Virus record (IMG/VR): IMGVR_UViG_3300037310_000496
Direction: 5' to 3' (one strand)
From: a virus
DNA: 64,000 bases
Shown here one piece after another: positions 17,591 through 28,207 of the stretch (the first letter of the stretch is position 1; every line of letters begins with the position of its first letter). A program made the position numbers and the translations under genes. The notes below the pieces were generated by a model that saw only the letters and a program-made list of their open reading frames with translations, was not told the origin of the DNA and did no database searches.

Positions 17591-20500
17591 TTAATATCCA
17601 TCAAAGAAATTTATCAAAGATTGTTGTTTGGTTGTAATAGATACATCCAACAATTGCTGATATACACTTCCCACGATTGTGACATAATGTCTAAGATCTA
17701 TGTCGTTAATATCATTGACCAGTACACTTGGTATCCATCCATTATAACATTTCACATAGTCGACATGTATACCTTTTCTGATGGCTATATTCTTCCCAAT
17801 AGACTTAAAATGATTCTGGAGATTGTTTGCAGCTTGGACAATAGGTGTATTGTTTTTATAGTGATTTTGGTCATGGCATATAGAAAGGCAATTGCATAAT
17901 TCTTTAGTCAATATTTGAGTAAACTGTAACGATACTAGAGAAATATTATTACAATTCAAAATTGATAGGATTAATTTCTCTTTATTTTTGATGATATATT
18001 CTTCTATTTCTTTATTTGATTTTTCAAATGGGATACCATTGATACATTCTTTAAATGCTTTACGAATCAAAAGAGGAGTAGATTTTTTAATGCCTAAAAA
18101 ACCTTTTATTTTGATTTGATGGTCACTAAACAGAATGTAATTCTTTTTCTTATAGAAAAACATTGCCTTCCAAAATCCCTCGTTTGATACTTCCATACCG
18201 TCTTTTGACATTATTGAAACAATATCTGGTGAAACATTAGATGCAAATACTGAATCAGTATTATGACATTTTAAACCGTCAACTGCAAATGTACCCAATT
18301 TCGTCTCGAAGTCGTAGACATAGTTATCCAATCCTGGGAAATTCCGAAAATAAGTTCCGATTGTAAATTTTCTTAGATTTGAATTTCCGGATGTTTGTGC
18401 AAAAAAATATTTTTTTCTACTATAAGAATTAAAAACGAATTTAAATGCACCAAATTGATTGTGAAAAATACGAAATGATGCCATATGCAAATGGTTTGGA
18501 AAAACCCATCGACCATCGTTGAAATAATATCTTTCAATAAAATTATAATATAGTTTCGCTGCATCATAGGATAAATTAAATATTCCTGGATATGGCTTTA
18601 TTTTTTTGCCTTCTTCATCATATACTTCTCGTCTGACGATATCCCATAATTTATTGAACGATGAAAATGTTATGTCAAATCTTGGACGTGTACCATCTTT
18701 TATATATATGGTGTATGATATGCCCCAATCGTAAAACAATCTTCTGCAATATTCAAGAATGGCAATTATATGTTCCAGATATCGTGTATGCCCTTGTATA
18801 CTACAAAAATGGATATTACGTGAAATAGTCATATTGCGTGATGTTGTGCCACAAAGACTGAATATCGACAACATAAGAATTTGGTTGTCATAATTCCCTT
18901 TTGTTGTAGACAGATAATTGACAATAGGAAAAACCTTACTGGACAATGTTATCGAAGAATTGTTTATGTTCTTCATCAACAATATTGGTGATATTTCATG
19001 ACCATCATCAGTGACTAGAGAATGATCACCAGTGACATCAGCCATACCATGTTCCGTTGATACGCGAAACATGGATTTGCTAGTCAAATGTCTAATAAAA
19101 CCCAATAAAGGATTGAATTGGTCACCATCCCAAATTTCAAGATTTTTTCCTGATAAGTCAATCCTCTCTTTGGTTTCATGATGAGTCAATGCTGTATGTC
19201 CACGTTTGATTAATTGATTCCATAAACCAGTCACATCAATATTCATTATTTCTTTTGTTTCTGCAATACGAATGATGACTGGTGATGACCCAGCTACACT
19301 ATCACCATAATGTACTGTACCACCTTCATCTTGGACTGTTTTTATAAGGTGAGCCAAAGATCTTCGTGATGTTGCAGTGACAGCTTGGGCAATATCTCCA
19401 TTAAAAAACATAAATCCTTCATTTGCCATGCATCCATATACTGCATTCATGACAACCTTGAAAAATTGAGAAATGGAAACAGCCGACTGGCTAAATTCTT
19501 TGTGGATTGGATTGCTTCTAGGTTTGTATATTTTTAGTCGTGCACTCCTAAGAAAAATAAGTGACGCTGGAATAATTCCGACATAATGATTGCATGATTT
19601 TATTGGATATGTCGGTAGATCAATGATTGGACATTCAGAATGTCCACAATTGACTGTTGAAAAACATAGGTTATACTTGATGATATTTGTCGGGTATAAT
19701 GATGCAAAATCCAGGACGGAAATGTTGCGATAAATTCCAGGATTAGCTGTAATAACGTCTGCACCAATGATGTTGTTTTTTGTTTTATTACTATATGGGA
19801 TATGAATATTCCTTTGGTGGAGATATCTAATTAAAAATCCATTCCACCATGTAGTTACTCCACTCCTATTAGCTTTATATAAACTTAGGTCACTAAATCT
19901 CATGATAAAAAACAAAATGAAAACTGGAAAATTGTCATTGTGGGTCGCCAATTTAAATGTCAATTGTGCATCCTTAGCATTATAATAAGCCAATTCGTTT
20001 GAATCGAGTGATTCAATACTTCCCTCGTATAAATATTTGCCTTCCTTAATTACTGCCCTTGCAACAGTATCAAGTTTATTGTTTTCATATCCACCATAAA
20101 CATAATTGGATATGCTTGGATTTGAAAAATATTCATAAAGATCCAATACGATTTTATTTTTCCATTTTATTTTTCTGACTTTCATGAATCCAAAAGTTTC
20201 TTCACTCCAATAAATATTAAATTGATTGTTCAATCCAAATAATTCAATGCGGTGAACAATATATGGTACATCAAACCCATCACCATGATAAAATACGAGA
20301 AAAGGTTGAACCATTTGAGATATATAATTAAGGGATGCAACAAGAAGATCTTTTTCACTTTTGAATATTTCAAGTATAAAATTGTCAGGATTAGCATTGG
20401 CATTGGCATTTTCGATGTTCTTTTGATGGAGTATAAAATTATCAATGGTGAATACTCTAGTGCTATCGTATGTAGTAACAGCTATGGATGTTATCGGAAC

Positions 20501-21253
20501 TTGAGAATATAGTGGATCCATCGAATCCATGAAATTAGCTTGAATTTCAATGTCTATACATGCAATAAGTTTATGCCAAGGTGGTAAAGGTGCATGAATA
20601 ATTTCATGAAGTATTTTACCCATACCTATAGCTTCCTTAGGTATAGATTGGTAAACATCCGCATATAGTGCATCATTTGCACTGTCTTTGCTGACAACTT
20701 GAGTGAAAACACCATTGGAAAAAATATATGGCATGCCCATCATCATTTTTGTCTCGTTTAAAACAAGATTCGAATAAATGACTTTATTATTGTAAACAAG
20801 TTGGGAATCACTTTCAAAAAGGGAAGAAATGCCTTTTGGGCCAGAAACTGCTGATGGTGTATGAACCACGACTTTTGTCAATTTCACTTCCGATCCCCTA
20901 ACATCTTTCATGGTTATGTCGACCAATGACTTAATTTTAGAGTTGACATTATTTATCATTAACACCTTGACAACTTCATTTCTTGGCATCTTCACGAAAA
21001 AGAATGGTGATACTGTATTTACGACATATTTGAATAATTTTCCTGAAATATCAATGAAAACAAATTGATGATTACTATCTTTCATATAATTGGTGTCTAT
21101 TAACCAATACATCCCATCATTTTTAATCGTAGGTAAACTATAGTTGTTGAATCTACGATGTTTCTGATTAATAATACCATCTGAATCGGAAACATCGTCG
21201 TTTTGAATCCAAACCGATCCATGCTTTTTTCTCATGTCAACTGGTCTAAGCAT
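17591..21253 (-). CDS. polB: Family B DNA polymerase with intein and C-terminal PIP box
   Basis: ExoI DIE, ExoII YHGDGFDVPYI, ExoIII YNAKDA, A DFASLYP, B KVVMNAVYG, C YGD|TDS split by intein; QQSLINFF at C-terminus. Confidence 0.97.
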   Translation of the reverse strand: MLRPVDMRKKHGSVWIQNDDVSDSDGIINQKHRRFNNYSLPTIKNDGMYWLIDTNYMKDSNHQFVFIDISGKLFKYVVNTVSPFFFVKMPRNEVVKVLMINNVNSKIKSLVDITMKDVRGSEVKLTKVVVHTPSAVSGPKGISSLFESDSQLVYNNKVIYSNLVLNETKMMMGMPYIFSNGVFTQVVSKDSANDALYADVYQSIPKEAIGMGKILHEIIHAPLPPWHKLIACIDIEIQANFMDSMDPLYSQVPITSIAVTTYDSTRVFTIDNFILHQKNIENANANANPDNFILEIFKSEKDLLVASLNYISQMVQPFLVFYHGDGFDVPYIVHRIELFGLNNQFNIYWSEETFGFMKVRKIKWKNKIVLDLYEYFSNPSISNYVYGGYENNKLDTVARAVIKEGKYLYEGSIESLDSNELAYYNAKDAQLTFKLATHNDNFPVFILFFIMRFSDLSLYKANRSGVTTWWNGFLIRYLHQRNIHIPYSNKTKNNIIGADVITANPGIYRNISVLDFASLYPTNIIKYNLCFSTVNCGHSECPIIDLPTYPIKSCNHYVGIIPASLIFLRSARLKIYKPRSNPIHKEFSQSAVSISQFFKVVMNAVYGCMANEGFMFFNGDIAQAVTATSRRSLAHLIKTVQDEGGTVHYGDSVAGSSPVIIRIAETKEIMNIDVTGLWNQLIKRGHTALTHHETKERIDLSGKNLEIWDGDQFNPLLGFIRHLTSKSMFRVSTEHGMADVTGDHSLVTDDGHEISPILLMKNINNSSITLSSKVFPIVNYLSTTKGNYDNQILMLSIFSLCGTTSRNMTISRNIHFCSIQGHTRYLEHIIAILEYCRRLFYDWGISYTIYIKDGTRPRFDITFSSFNKLWDIVRREVYDEEGKKIKPYPGIFNLSYDAAKLYYNFIERYYFNDGRWVFPNHLHMASFRIFHNQFGAFKFVFNSYSRKKYFFAQTSGNSNLRKFTIGTYFRNFPGLDNYVYDFETKLGTFAVDGLKCHNTDSVFASNVSPDIVSIMSKDGMEVSNEGFWKAMFFYKKKNYILFSDHQIKIKGFLGIKKSTPLLIRKAFKECINGIPFEKSNKEIEEYIIKNKEKLILSILNCNNISLVSLQFTQILTKELCNCLSICHDQNHYKNNTPIVQAANNLQNHFKSIGKNIAIRKGIHVDYVKCYNGWIPSVLVNDINDIDLRHYVTIVGSVYQQLLDVSITTKQQSLINFFDGY
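18260..19300 (-). mobile_element. Intein (347 aa) in PolB motif C, with degenerate LAGLIDADG region
   Basis: YGD|SVAGSSPVIIR...FAVDGLKCHN|TDSVF; Ser1, block B TGDHS, terminal HN, Thr+1. Confidence 0.9.
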
Positions 21254-21414
21254 ATTTCATCCTAACTGTTCCGCAATATAAATATTGTGATTACATAATA
21301 ATTAGACTACGAATTGTCATAGTGCATTTTGAATGATATTAAGTTTTTTAACCGCAATAAATTCCAATTTCAATCTTAACATTTATAATGATCAAAATAC
21401 AATGATGTGTACCA

Positions 21415-24400
21415 ATGTATGACTTATCATTGTCACGTACCGTCTTGGCTTTGACTGGCATACAGGAATTATTGATGAACGCAACTGACTATGCCACTAA
21501 AAATGAGGATAAATGGGTGTGGTCTCAAGACAAGGATTTGATAACATTTATCAGACCATGTTTTAGGTCTGTGAAAGGTTTTGATCATACAATGTTCGTA
21601 TTGGACATTGACACCTATCCAGAAGAAGACCTAAAAAATCTGGCTACAGTTTTTGAAATAAGAGAAATAAGTCTGCGAGTCGTTACAACAATAATGGACA
21701 TCATATTAGCCAAAGATCCCAATTTTTTATGTTATCTATCGGGAAAAAAAGGAGGATATATGATACGCAAAGTAAAACCGAATGTATCTCCTAGAAGGTT
21801 TATGGATGTCATCATGACATTGTTGCCTGAATGTCCAATTGAACATCCAAAAGATGAGAATAGCTACTGTGAAAATTGGCATCTTTCTCCTAAAAAATAT
21901 TGGTGCTACCGTAAAGTAAAATTCATGGGTGACGAATTTGACATGGAAGTAGCGATAGATTTAAACATGATTCTCAAAGAAGGAAGACATGTTTTTAGAC
22001 TACCATATAGTCTCTATGAAATCCAAGGTAAAACATTGGTATGTCCATTAGTGTCATTTGGCAAGGATGGTAAAATAGATTTTGAACGAACACTTGACAA
22101 TTCCATAATTGATAAAGTCACTGTTGTAGATTTTGAGATCCCAATAATGGAATTAAAGGAATTAAAAGAATTAAAGGAATTAAATGATACACATGAATTT
22201 TTGACCGTCCGTCAAGTAAAGTCATCCATTCCAGCACTAGTCAACTATGACATTCCTTTGCCTAAAAGTACACTTTCTCCACGCGACCTAGATATGCTAG
22301 AAAAGATAGAGCTGATGTTGACAGGACCACCAGAAACTACTCCACCATGTATCCATAATGCATATGTTAAACATATGCCAAACAGGCATTGGAATAGGGT
22401 CTTGATAGGTCGATATTTGTTCAACAAAAATATTTCAATACGGGATATCGGTTTATTTATTAGATTTAGAATAAATGATGATGAAGACAACCAACCTGAA
22501 AATGTAAGTAAGATGAATGAAAATCTTCGGTATTTTATAGCACCAACTGATGACAATCCACGCCTACCTCCAAAATGCAGTAAGATCCAAGATTCCAGTG
22601 GCGATTTTTTCGCCTGCTATCCTGAAAACTCGATTGCTTGCAAACGTCCATATGTACTACAAAACCAAATAACTCTTGCGGTCACACCCAATGACAGTAA
22701 AATTAATGTCGAACCATCAGTATTTGACATTCCATATGTGCCAATTGACTACCTAAATCAACCTATGACTATAGATGAACAAAATGAAGTCAATTCGGAA
22801 GTCATGGACAATGTCAATATATTGCCAATCAATGTATTTCGCGGTTTGGATGGATTGGGAACAATTACAAATGCATATTCAAATCAGTGGGACAAAATTG
22901 AAACTGAATCATCTTTCGATACTGTAATACAAAATGTGACAGACATGTTGATGGACAGTTCACCAACAATGGTAAGAAAAACTACACGAGCTGGATTTAC
23001 AACAACATTAGTGATAGCTTGTCGACAAAAAGGATTGCGGTTGTTAGTATTGGAGCCAACAAATGCAATTCCGACTGAAACATTTCCAGATGCAATAAAA
23101 ATAGCCAATGAACAATATAAACTGGATGTAACTGCCGCTATAATTTCTGCCAATACTAAATCATGTCTTAAGGTAATGATGAAAAATAGACAGATCGAAA
23201 ACCATAAGACAATATATCCAAATTGGGGTTCAGAAACTATCCAGATACATAATATGCCATTTCTGATTAAACCGGCATGTTCAAGATATAATGCATCAGG
23301 TAATATAGTTAAAGTATGCGAATATTTCGATGAACTTTACCCTATCGAACCAAATAAAATCATATCAAATAGTGAAATAATTGAATTGCCTGTTGTCGAT
23401 GGTGATGAACAAGTACTTAAAACAACAGCTATGGGTGGTCAAGGTATATGTGCTAAAAATACAATCGTTCAAAACATCAATCGTCTTGACACATTATTTG
23501 CTACCTATGCAAAAATGGACACAATATTGATGGACAATTCTATAGAAGGAATCAACACTAGAATAGGCATAGGTGAATTTGATGTTGTCCTATTGGATGA
23601 AGTGTCAACATTGATTGAAGGAAGACCATTATCAACCATGATTGGACATATTGACATTAACGGAAAATCTTCAAATACCACCCAACATTATCTTAAACAA
23701 GTCGCCATGGTAAGGGATAGTACAAAGATTTCATTTCAGACTTTTATAGGGATTTCAGATCTCATATCTGAAACCATAAAAGTCATGAACCGTATTTTCT
23801 ATGATTATAAACAGAACAGATGGAATAATCAAGTCAACAATGCAATTCCAAATACAATAATACGAAGTGAAATTGAAGAACGAATAATGGGATATTATGC
23901 AACAATACAAGAAATTGTTGAACGAGAAAATTTGCCTGTTGTTCAGCTGGCACATCTGCTTCTCATTATAAAAAGTCCAGAATGGTTTATAAGTGCAAAT
24001 CCTACAATAGACGGATCAATAACTGTATCAATAATAACACGACCTGAAATAACAAGACTAAGATCATTTTTGGGTCAATTGATCGCCAATGGAGTCAAAA
24101 TACTGTCAACAGATGCATCTTTGCCATCCAGCAATTTGTTGCCGTTGCTTCAGCTAAACAATATCACTTGGAAAACGTATGATCTAGGAGACCCACGAAA
24201 AATCAATAGAAGCAGTCTTATCATTCCAGACACTAAAAACATTACAGTGACAGACCTCAATCGTAAAACTGAAATTGTACTTGAATTGGATAAGTTTGTC
24301 AAGTCGATATGTCATATTCACGATCAAAAAAATATCATGATGGTCTTCCCAAACAAAAAAATTGCCACGACAATTGGTAAGGATTTTAAACATAATTTTC

Positions 24401-25008
24401 CAGGAATTGAAATTACCTACTATAGAAGTGATAAGACTGTCGGCATAGCAAGTGACAAACGTATCATGATCGCAATTTGTCGACCTCTTCCTCCTGAAGA
24501 AGCATTTGAATGGATGGCTAGCAGTATAGAACATCAAGCGAACTTAAATGGACTTCAAGAAATGGGACACCGTGGCTTGACATTGAACCTACAAAATTTT
24601 GGGATGAATAAGACTTTCTATCAGACTGTAGGACGCATAAAAGATCCAACAGGCAAAGTGCCATCAATAGTTTATTGTTTTGGAATAAGAAAAGATGATA
24701 TTATTTCAATGATTACAGGTTATACTCCATTAAGAATTTATTCAACGACTCATTCGATTTCAAGTTATTTTAATTTACAGTCACGAATAATAGTAGGTCA
24801 ATACTGGATGAAAAAATATGTCGAAATGTCACCCAATATTGCCAGAATAATTGAATGGATAACTAAAACTGGTTCTTTAAGCATATCCAATATCAAAAGA
24901 AATTTACCACCTTTGGAATTTCAATCATTGATTGACAATTTAAGTGAATATCAATTGATCATTGAGAAAGGTATCATTGTAAATGAAAACTTACATAAGC
25001 ACAACTAA
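21415..25008 (+). CDS. Fused AEP primase (PriS + PriL-CTD) and SF2-like helicase
   Basis: LDID, SGKKG, IDLN..RHVFRLPYS (PriS); PPCI..H..R..L, CSKI..C..C (PriL Fe-S); TRAGFTT, LLDEVS, QTVGRIKD (helicase-like). Confidence 0.75.
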   Translation: MYDLSLSRTVLALTGIQELLMNATDYATKNEDKWVWSQDKDLITFIRPCFRSVKGFDHTMFVLDIDTYPEEDLKNLATVFEIREISLRVVTTIMDIILAKDPNFLCYLSGKKGGYMIRKVKPNVSPRRFMDVIMTLLPECPIEHPKDENSYCENWHLSPKKYWCYRKVKFMGDEFDMEVAIDLNMILKEGRHVFRLPYSLYEIQGKTLVCPLVSFGKDGKIDFERTLDNSIIDKVTVVDFEIPIMELKELKELKELNDTHEFLTVRQVKSSIPALVNYDIPLPKSTLSPRDLDMLEKIELMLTGPPETTPPCIHNAYVKHMPNRHWNRVLIGRYLFNKNISIRDIGLFIRFRINDDEDNQPENVSKMNENLRYFIAPTDDNPRLPPKCSKIQDSSGDFFACYPENSIACKRPYVLQNQITLAVTPNDSKINVEPSVFDIPYVPIDYLNQPMTIDEQNEVNSEVMDNVNILPINVFRGLDGLGTITNAYSNQWDKIETESSFDTVIQNVTDMLMDSSPTMVRKTTRAGFTTTLVIACRQKGLRLLVLEPTNAIPTETFPDAIKIANEQYKLDVTAAIISANTKSCLKVMMKNRQIENHKTIYPNWGSETIQIHNMPFLIKPACSRYNASGNIVKVCEYFDELYPIEPNKIISNSEIIELPVVDGDEQVLKTTAMGGQGICAKNTIVQNINRLDTLFATYAKMDTILMDNSIEGINTRIGIGEFDVVLLDEVSTLIEGRPLSTMIGHIDINGKSSNTTQHYLKQVAMVRDSTKISFQTFIGISDLISETIKVMNRIFYDYKQNRWNNQVNNAIPNTIIRSEIEERIMGYYATIQEIVERENLPVVQLAHLLLIIKSPEWFISANPTIDGSITVSIITRPEITRLRSFLGQLIANGVKILSTDASLPSSNLLPLLQLNNITWKTYDLGDPRKINRSSLIIPDTKNITVTDLNRKTEIVLELDKFVKSICHIHDQKNIMMVFPNKKIATTIGKDFKHNFPGIEITYYRSDKTVGIASDKRIMIAICRPLPPEEAFEWMASSIEHQANLNGLQEMGHRGLTLNLQNFGMNKTFYQTVGRIKDPTGKVPSIVYCFGIRKDDIISMITGYTPLRIYSTTHSISSYFNLQSRIIVGQYWMKKYVEMSPNIARIIEWITKTGSLSISNIKRNLPPLEFQSLIDNLSEYQLIIEKGIIVNENLHKHN

Positions 25009-25073
25009 TATCTTGCGTAAGACAACATTTATATATTGACCATGATAATACAATATGCTTATCGTGATGATAA

Positions 25074-26147
25074 GTGGTGTTTATACACATGACAATCGAA
25101 ATCGAGAACAAAAAAGACGAATTAAAACTTAAAGATGTTGATAGCGAATCGCTTATCACAATGATCTTAAATGGTATTTCAAATGAAAACAATCGTGAAA
25201 ACCTACATAAAATCATAGAACCTGTTGTGCAAAGAGTAAAAGGCAATCCGCTATTATCAGGAACTCTTTTAGTCGACATTGTCAATTATGTTAACCAAGA
25301 AATAAACAAAGGCGGAGATGGAACGATAGCCCATCTAATGTTTCTTGGCTCTGAAGATTTCTATGGCAAGAAATCAACAACAGATCCAATTGGTCATGTC
25401 GGTCTATTCGTTTATCTAGACCAGAATGGGCAAATTGTATTTTCTGATGAAGATGGCATTAAACAGCCAAAAACTGAGAAAACCACTATTTTCAAAGATA
25501 TATTGACAAGTGGCATGTCATACTATACCAAAATAAGTAGGACAATTAAAAACGGAGTTGAATATAGTAATTTTGAGTCCATTACTGAATCTCCACACAC
25601 TGTCAATCTGAAAAATATTACTGACAGTTTTGTACCTATGGTACAATACTATCTTGATGAACTTTCAAGGGATGACATTGACGAAAGAGTTGTTTCGACA
25701 ATGAATGACAGTCTAAAATATCAGACGGTCACTCAGACATTTGATGTCTCTGGAATAAGATATATCTCAACATCAAACCGCATTAAAACTGAAAATGGTT
25801 GGAAATGGCAAACTAACACTACTGAACAGCAGCCATTTTTCAGTGGTGGGAAATATGCAATGACCATCCTTGGAAAAATAACAGCTAAAAATGGAATCAA
25901 TGTAAATATCTATGCCAATTTCAGACCACCAAAAGCTGGAAAACAATTATTTAAGATTCCAGTGGTCGAAAACCTTGTAAGAAGCAAAGAATTCATTGCA
26001 TTGACACCGCAATCCCAAAATGATGTACTTGCAATGACAATGAAAAATATCAAGGTGATGGTAATAGGATCTGTACGAAATATAACTGTAAGTGGTGGCA
26101 TCATCAATCTTTCAATAGAATGTTTTGCTGGAGTTGAAATGACATGA
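25074..26147 (+). CDS. Hypothetical protein, possibly OB-fold ssDNA-binding
   Basis: 357 aa, beta-rich segments, in the replication/recombination operon; assignment is contextual. Confidence 0.35.
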   Translation: MVFIHMTIEIENKKDELKLKDVDSESLITMILNGISNENNRENLHKIIEPVVQRVKGNPLLSGTLLVDIVNYVNQEINKGGDGTIAHLMFLGSEDFYGKKSTTDPIGHVGLFVYLDQNGQIVFSDEDGIKQPKTEKTTIFKDILTSGMSYYTKISRTIKNGVEYSNFESITESPHTVNLKNITDSFVPMVQYYLDELSRDDIDERVVSTMNDSLKYQTVTQTFDVSGIRYISTSNRIKTENGWKWQTNTTEQQPFFSGGKYAMTILGKITAKNGINVNIYANFRPPKAGKQLFKIPVVENLVRSKEFIALTPQSQNDVLAMTMKNIKVMVIGSVRNITVSGGIINLSIECFAGVEMT

Positions 26148-26367
26148 GAAACATTCAAGACAACATCGAGGAAAAAAAAAGATAGATGAAATCTTAAAAC
26201 GACTTCTTAACGATCCTTATTTAAGAGTAGAACTTTACGGCAGTGACATTTTCAATAGCATATTACGTCTTTCTGAAATAGGTGACAAAAAAATATTTAT
26301 GAAACATCGTATATATGCCCTTTTTAAAACGGATAAATTAAAAGAAACATTAGGAAAGGTGAATTGA

Positions 26368-27153
26368 ATGTTATCAAAACCGAATATAAATATACCAAAA
26401 AAAATGTCCATGAGTGACAATTGGGAAAATCGTCCAGAAATGGGTTTCACTTTAATTTATGGAAAAGAAAACGGCGGTACGACAACTCTGTCATTAAGCA
26501 TCGTCGAAACTGAAACGCTAAAGATAAACAATGACAAAAATGTTTATGTCCTGTTAACCGAACCAGCGCATAATTTCACTGGTCCCATCAAGAAGCATTT
26601 TCCAGAATATAGTAAAAGATTTATCATGCCTGTTGATGAAAACAACGATATCACTCCAATTACATCACATTCAGAATTGACTTCATGGATTAAGACAATA
26701 TCAAATAAAAATGATGTAGGTGCTGTTATAATTGATGCCATAGATACAATAAGAAATATGCTATATCTCCATTATCTATTTCTGTCACCAGAACGTGGCG
26801 CCATGAACTACACATTTGTAGATAATGACTTGATGGGTCTATTTCTTAAATTGCAAGGATTGCATATTCCAGTAGTCATGATCATGAAACAAAAAGATGA
26901 GACAGAATGGGTATTTGATGGTCCAAGAATAAAAGAGATTGTAAAGACCGGTAAAATTGTACCTAGTGTGAATACTGAAAAAATACTTCGATGGAGCACT
27001 ACTAGAATTTGGTGCATAAAAATAGGTGAATATCAAATCGTAAAGACAAAAAGCAGCTATTCAACTGAAAAAATAAACGTGTTTGGGTTTGACGGATCAA
27101 CATCTAAAAGAACTGGAATTTGGTTGCCTGAACTATTTAACCAAATGAGGTGA
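26368..27153 (+). CDS. RecA-fold (AAA_24/Sak4/RadB-like) protein with degenerate Walker A
   Basis: LIYGKENGGTTTL (no Lys), Walker B AVIIDAID, PVVMIMKQK. Confidence 0.6.
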   Translation: MLSKPNINIPKKMSMSDNWENRPEMGFTLIYGKENGGTTTLSLSIVETETLKINNDKNVYVLLTEPAHNFTGPIKKHFPEYSKRFIMPVDENNDITPITSHSELTSWIKTISNKNDVGAVIIDAIDTIRNMLYLHYLFLSPERGAMNYTFVDNDLMGLFLKLQGLHIPVVMIMKQKDETEWVFDGPRIKEIVKTGKIVPSVNTEKILRWSTTRIWCIKIGEYQIVKTKSSYSTEKINVFGFDGSTSKRTGIWLPELFNQMR

Positions 27154-27476
27154 AAACAATGATATTGCGACAAATATCTGAACTAGAAAACCATGAAAGA
27201 AAATTGTTGTTAAACCAATTGACTGATAAAAAAAATACGGATCGAAAATTCATTGACACCATAAATCTTCCTGCACGAATAAATATAATCTACAAATGTG
27301 AAATATGTCCCAATCAATCAGGGACATTTAACTTATTTGTCTTTAAAAATGATATTGTCAATGTAAGTCAATTTATACCATGTCCTAAAAATCATACTGC
27401 CATATTGATTGACATTGGTCAAAATGATGACAATTCTATGGTCTTTAATTTGGATAATTTCATGGATGACGATTGA
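27150..27476 (+). CDS. Zn-ribbon protein
   Basis: CEIC...CPKNH. Confidence 0.55.
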   Translation: MKTMILRQISELENHERKLLLNQLTDKKNTDRKFIDTINLPARINIIYKCEICPNQSGTFNLFVFKNDIVNVSQFIPCPKNHTAILIDIGQNDDNSMVFNLDNFMDDD

Positions 27477-27532
27477 CATACCGCAAGTAATATTTTGCGA
27501 AAGTTTATTAGGGATATCATCAATAAACATTC

Positions 27533-28207
27533 ATGGATATTGACCGAATAGTCGACTTAAATCCTAAAACCAGGAAAATCCTGGAAGACAATAAAATTGA
27601 CATAAATCGTCTATCAATGATGAGACCAAAGGATCTCATCGAACTGGGAATTTCAAACCAAGTGGCGTCAAAAATTATCAGAAATGCACTTACCCTTACA
27701 ACAATCGATCCAACTAAAATCACCAAACAGACAAGCAGTCTACCATTAAAAAATGAAACGACAGCAGAAGAAGAAGCAATAATGGAAATCCAAAAAATAT
27801 CGAGAGATGAATGGAATGCCCTAAGTATCGAATATAAACAAAAACTACATCGTATTCATCGTTCAATGGTAAATTTTCCTATGGACAATACAAACAAATT
27901 TGAAGAAGTAAATATAAATGAAGTTGCAAAACTTGACAAAGGAATTGAATCTTTTGATCAAATGGAATATAACATAAAGAAAAAACTGATGGATACTAAA
28001 GAAAGTGATAAAGCTATATTAGATAAAATCATCGAAGAAAATGTACATGGAATTGAAATACCTCCACTTTTTATTGATCAACCACAAACTTCAGATGATA
28101 AAAAAACCGACAACTTGACTCCACGTCAGAGAAATCGTGCCGAAACACGAAAATCAATCGATAAAATGGTTGATGACATGATTGGAACTTCAGGACGGTT
28201 AATATAA
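27533..28207 (+). CDS. Protein with RadA/Rad51 N-terminal HhH-like domain
   Basis: IVDLNPKTRKILEDNKI..NRLSMMRPKDLIELGISNQVASKIIRNA resembles the RadA NTD; no ATPase domain follows. Confidence 0.55.
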   Translation: MDIDRIVDLNPKTRKILEDNKIDINRLSMMRPKDLIELGISNQVASKIIRNALTLTTIDPTKITKQTSSLPLKNETTAEEEAIMEIQKISRDEWNALSIEYKQKLHRIHRSMVNFPMDNTNKFEEVNINEVAKLDKGIESFDQMEYNIKKKLMDTKESDKAILDKIIEENVHGIEIPPLFIDQPQTSDDKKTDNLTPRQRNRAETRKSIDKMVDDMIGTSGRLI

